From NCBI GenBank assembly GCA_012026655.1, contig JAAILG010001380.1:1-64000 (forward strand): a stretch of 64,000 bases of DNA, written 5' to 3'. Made by a program: the position numbers and the translations under genes. Position 1 is the stretch's first letter. Each line of letters opens with the position of its first letter. This DNA is from Hydrolagus affinis (lineage: Eukaryota). Of this stretch, positions 61,767-64,000 are shown one piece after another. The notes under the pieces were generated by a model. It saw only the letters and a program-made list of their open reading frames with translations. It was not told the origin of the DNA and ran no database searches.

Positions 61767-61991
61767 TGGTACATAACTTGGCATGTCCACAGTATAAGTT
61801 GGATGAACTTTAAGCCATTCCACCAAGTCCTTATTTAGGGGAGCTTCTTCTCCCACCAGCCTGGTCCCATCTTCTAGGTTAATGACAGGGATGTGAGCCT
61901 CTGGGTCCAATTGACCAGGGGACGGAATGTTTCTTGGTTGTGATGCTGTCTGTGTGCTCTCCTCAAAGGCTTTGGTCACTTCTGCATCATC
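61767..61991 (-). CDS. CHD7: CHD7 coding exon (equivalent to human exon ~35), first BRK domain
   Basis: 225 bp, phase 0/0, cag|GAT...CCA|gtaagt. Translates [11 protein letters not shown]...[51 protein letters not shown], matching the CHD7 BRK1 region. Confidence 0.96.
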
Positions 61992-62429
61992 CTGCATTGA
62001 ATGTGTATCATTGAGATTATTAGTGTAGATTAAGTAATGTAAGAAATGAAATGTTTATACTACCATTGATTACTGTCTAAGAATCTCCAAATAAAAATAA
62101 TTCAGCAATCTCTAAATAAATCTAAACTGAATGGAGAGTAACCAGACAATATTTATAGGAATTCTCCTATAGGAATATACACAATTATTAATCCCATCTA
62201 TTAACTGTGTATATGATCTTTTTCCAGGCAGATTCTCATTTATATTTCTCCCACTGACACTAGCATCTTAACCTTCGGTTAGAGTACCTGAAAATTTAAG
62301 TTCCATTACATAGGGTTTTTTTTTTAAAAAATCATTATCTTTTAAGTACAGGTATTTTTTTTTAGAGAGTAGTAAAGTTTACAGACTTGTTCCTGAGTTC
62401 AAAACTTTCATTTTCACACTTCCTCCAAC

Positions 62430-63940
62430 TGCCTAGTAGGTAAAGGTATTCATCAGTGCAGCATCGGGCCATACAGATTAGAAAGTTGCAATTTTGAATA
62501 ACTTCCCAGGTATCTTGTGGCCTCTGATGGAACATGCAAGTAAGTCAATGTGATGAGGGCAGAATCAGACTCTACACAAATGCCTCCCAGACAGAGGAAC
62601 AGCCTGCCAAAGGTCACTCTCAAGGCTCACACATCAATAGTATCCATTTGATTGGGTCATCAGAGGATACCTATCACATAGATCTCCAGCACAAAGGTCA
62701 AGTTAAAGATTCCTTCAGTCGCGGGGAGAAATTCGAAGATAAAAACTTTCATTTTGACTTTGATCGCACCCACCTATCCTGTTTCAATCCACTTCTGTTC
62801 TCAGCCTCTGGCTGCTCTCATTTCCTGTTTTTAAGATTTGCCACAAATGTTACTGACTCTATCCAAAGGCGATTCTAATTATACCAATTCAGTTCTCCTC
62901 CAATCTTTAAGAAGTTCGGATGCATGTCCCTAGTTTAGTTTGTTGCCTCAAGGCTGTTTCAGACTTAAACTGTAGCACCTCAGATTCTAATAAAGGGTAT
63001 CCATAATAAGCCTCCATCCCCAAAACACTACAGAGATGCTGCGTTGCAATGCTCTAGCTCTGTGCACAAAAAAGCTTTCTTACTTATCAGGTACCATATC
63101 AATCAGAGGTAGCAATTGCTTAGGGGAGCAGTCTTAATGTCTTTGAAAGATTTACTGAGCAATCTACATCATACATCAACTTCTACCTGGGGAGAAGGCA
63201 TTAGGGCTTCAGGAACCTTCAACATAAGTTGCAGGACTGCTCAATTTCAACATTTTTATAAGTAGTTCAGAGACTGTATCTACTTTGCAGCCAAAACTTG
63301 GTGTGGCTGGTATCAGCGTCATGAATAAAGCCATTGGCTTGTCACCCCTGAATATTACTTTGACTATGGTGTTGCTAAATATCAAACTGAACACCAGCAA
63401 AACTTTTATAACCGTTTCACATAACAAATATAACAAATAATTGCCACAGGATCCTTTCATTGGAAAATTCCTGAGGGGATGGCTCAAATCCATGATATTG
63501 GCTATTCCCATAATCTCAAATTGGCTGACTTGTTCAAATGGTGATTGTTGTAACTCCTGCACTACCCACACTGGCACCAGTGCCATAGATGTAAGATTAT
63601 CCCAAAGGTCATAATTTGGAGCTTGACCCCTTGAAATCTGAATTTTAGGTTCCCAGAAGCAGGAAAGGGGCGCGAGCACTTCTTTAAGGATTGCAGTAGT
63701 TCTAAGAAGCTAGTTTGCAGGACTTGTAGGTGCCTGTCTATTTTAGGAATGTAAAGCTACTGAGTAAAACATCTACATGCAGGGGAATTCTTCTGTTAAT
63801 AGAAAATTCCATCTCGGGTTTAGCAGATGTGATATGATCAAGTCTTTCCTGGCATTCAACTCTCTTCTAATGCATGATACCACAAAAGTATTTAGCAGAA
63901 TTTAGCTTTTTCTATTTCAGGCTTGACAGGTGGCAGAGAA
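62430..63940 (+). mobile_element. Probable decayed DIRS1-type element in a CHD7 intron (RNase H, MT-like, YR)
   Basis: Ordered remnants: LYTNAS...HINSIHL (TTDAS...HIN.LEL), GYP**ASIPKTLQR (YAFPP..LIP.VL.K), WCGWYQRH, DPFIGKFLRG...IISNW (HPLV.RFL.G...P.W), HST, YFRLD. Confidence 0.5.
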
Positions 63941-64000
63941 TTCCTACAACCAAAGAGGAAATCTTGTATACACAATCTGCAAACAATTTGTCTTCCAGGC

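Noticed and set aside
63209-63679. 156-aa minus-strand ORF as an upstream CHD7 exon
   Set aside because: It does not resemble the CHD7 sequence preceding DAEVTKAF. The opposite strand carries recombinase-like remnants.

Overview
Vertebrate nuclear DNA, most likely a cartilaginous fish (chimaera/elephant-shark-like, judged from the Deu/L2-tailed SINEs, L2, CR1 and Penelope-type repeats). The only protein-coding gene I can support is the 3' end of CHD7 on the minus strand. It comprises four coding exons (61991-61767, 59680-59540, 57953-57849, 56779-55862, encoding both BRK domains and the acidic tail) followed by a repeat-free probable 3' UTR with several poly(A) signals. The remaining ~52 kb is a gene-free region downstream of CHD7, densely filled with L2 LINE fragments, tRNA-derived SINEs and CR1 tails, and interspersed with repeat-free blocks that look like conserved enhancers. 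Manual translation shows heavily decayed elements that the ORF track does not reveal: two DIRS1-type tyrosine-recombinase retrotransposon relics flanking the CHD7 terminal exons, a possible Ngaro-type RT fragment, and a fragmented Ty3/Gypsy element. There are also Penelope-type foldbacks, one with a hammerhead-ribozyme core, and Tigger-like DNA transposon ends at the same TA of SINE tails. I see no intact novel multi-gene system. Repeat boundaries are approximate, family names are from memory of consensus motifs, and nothing was searched against a database.
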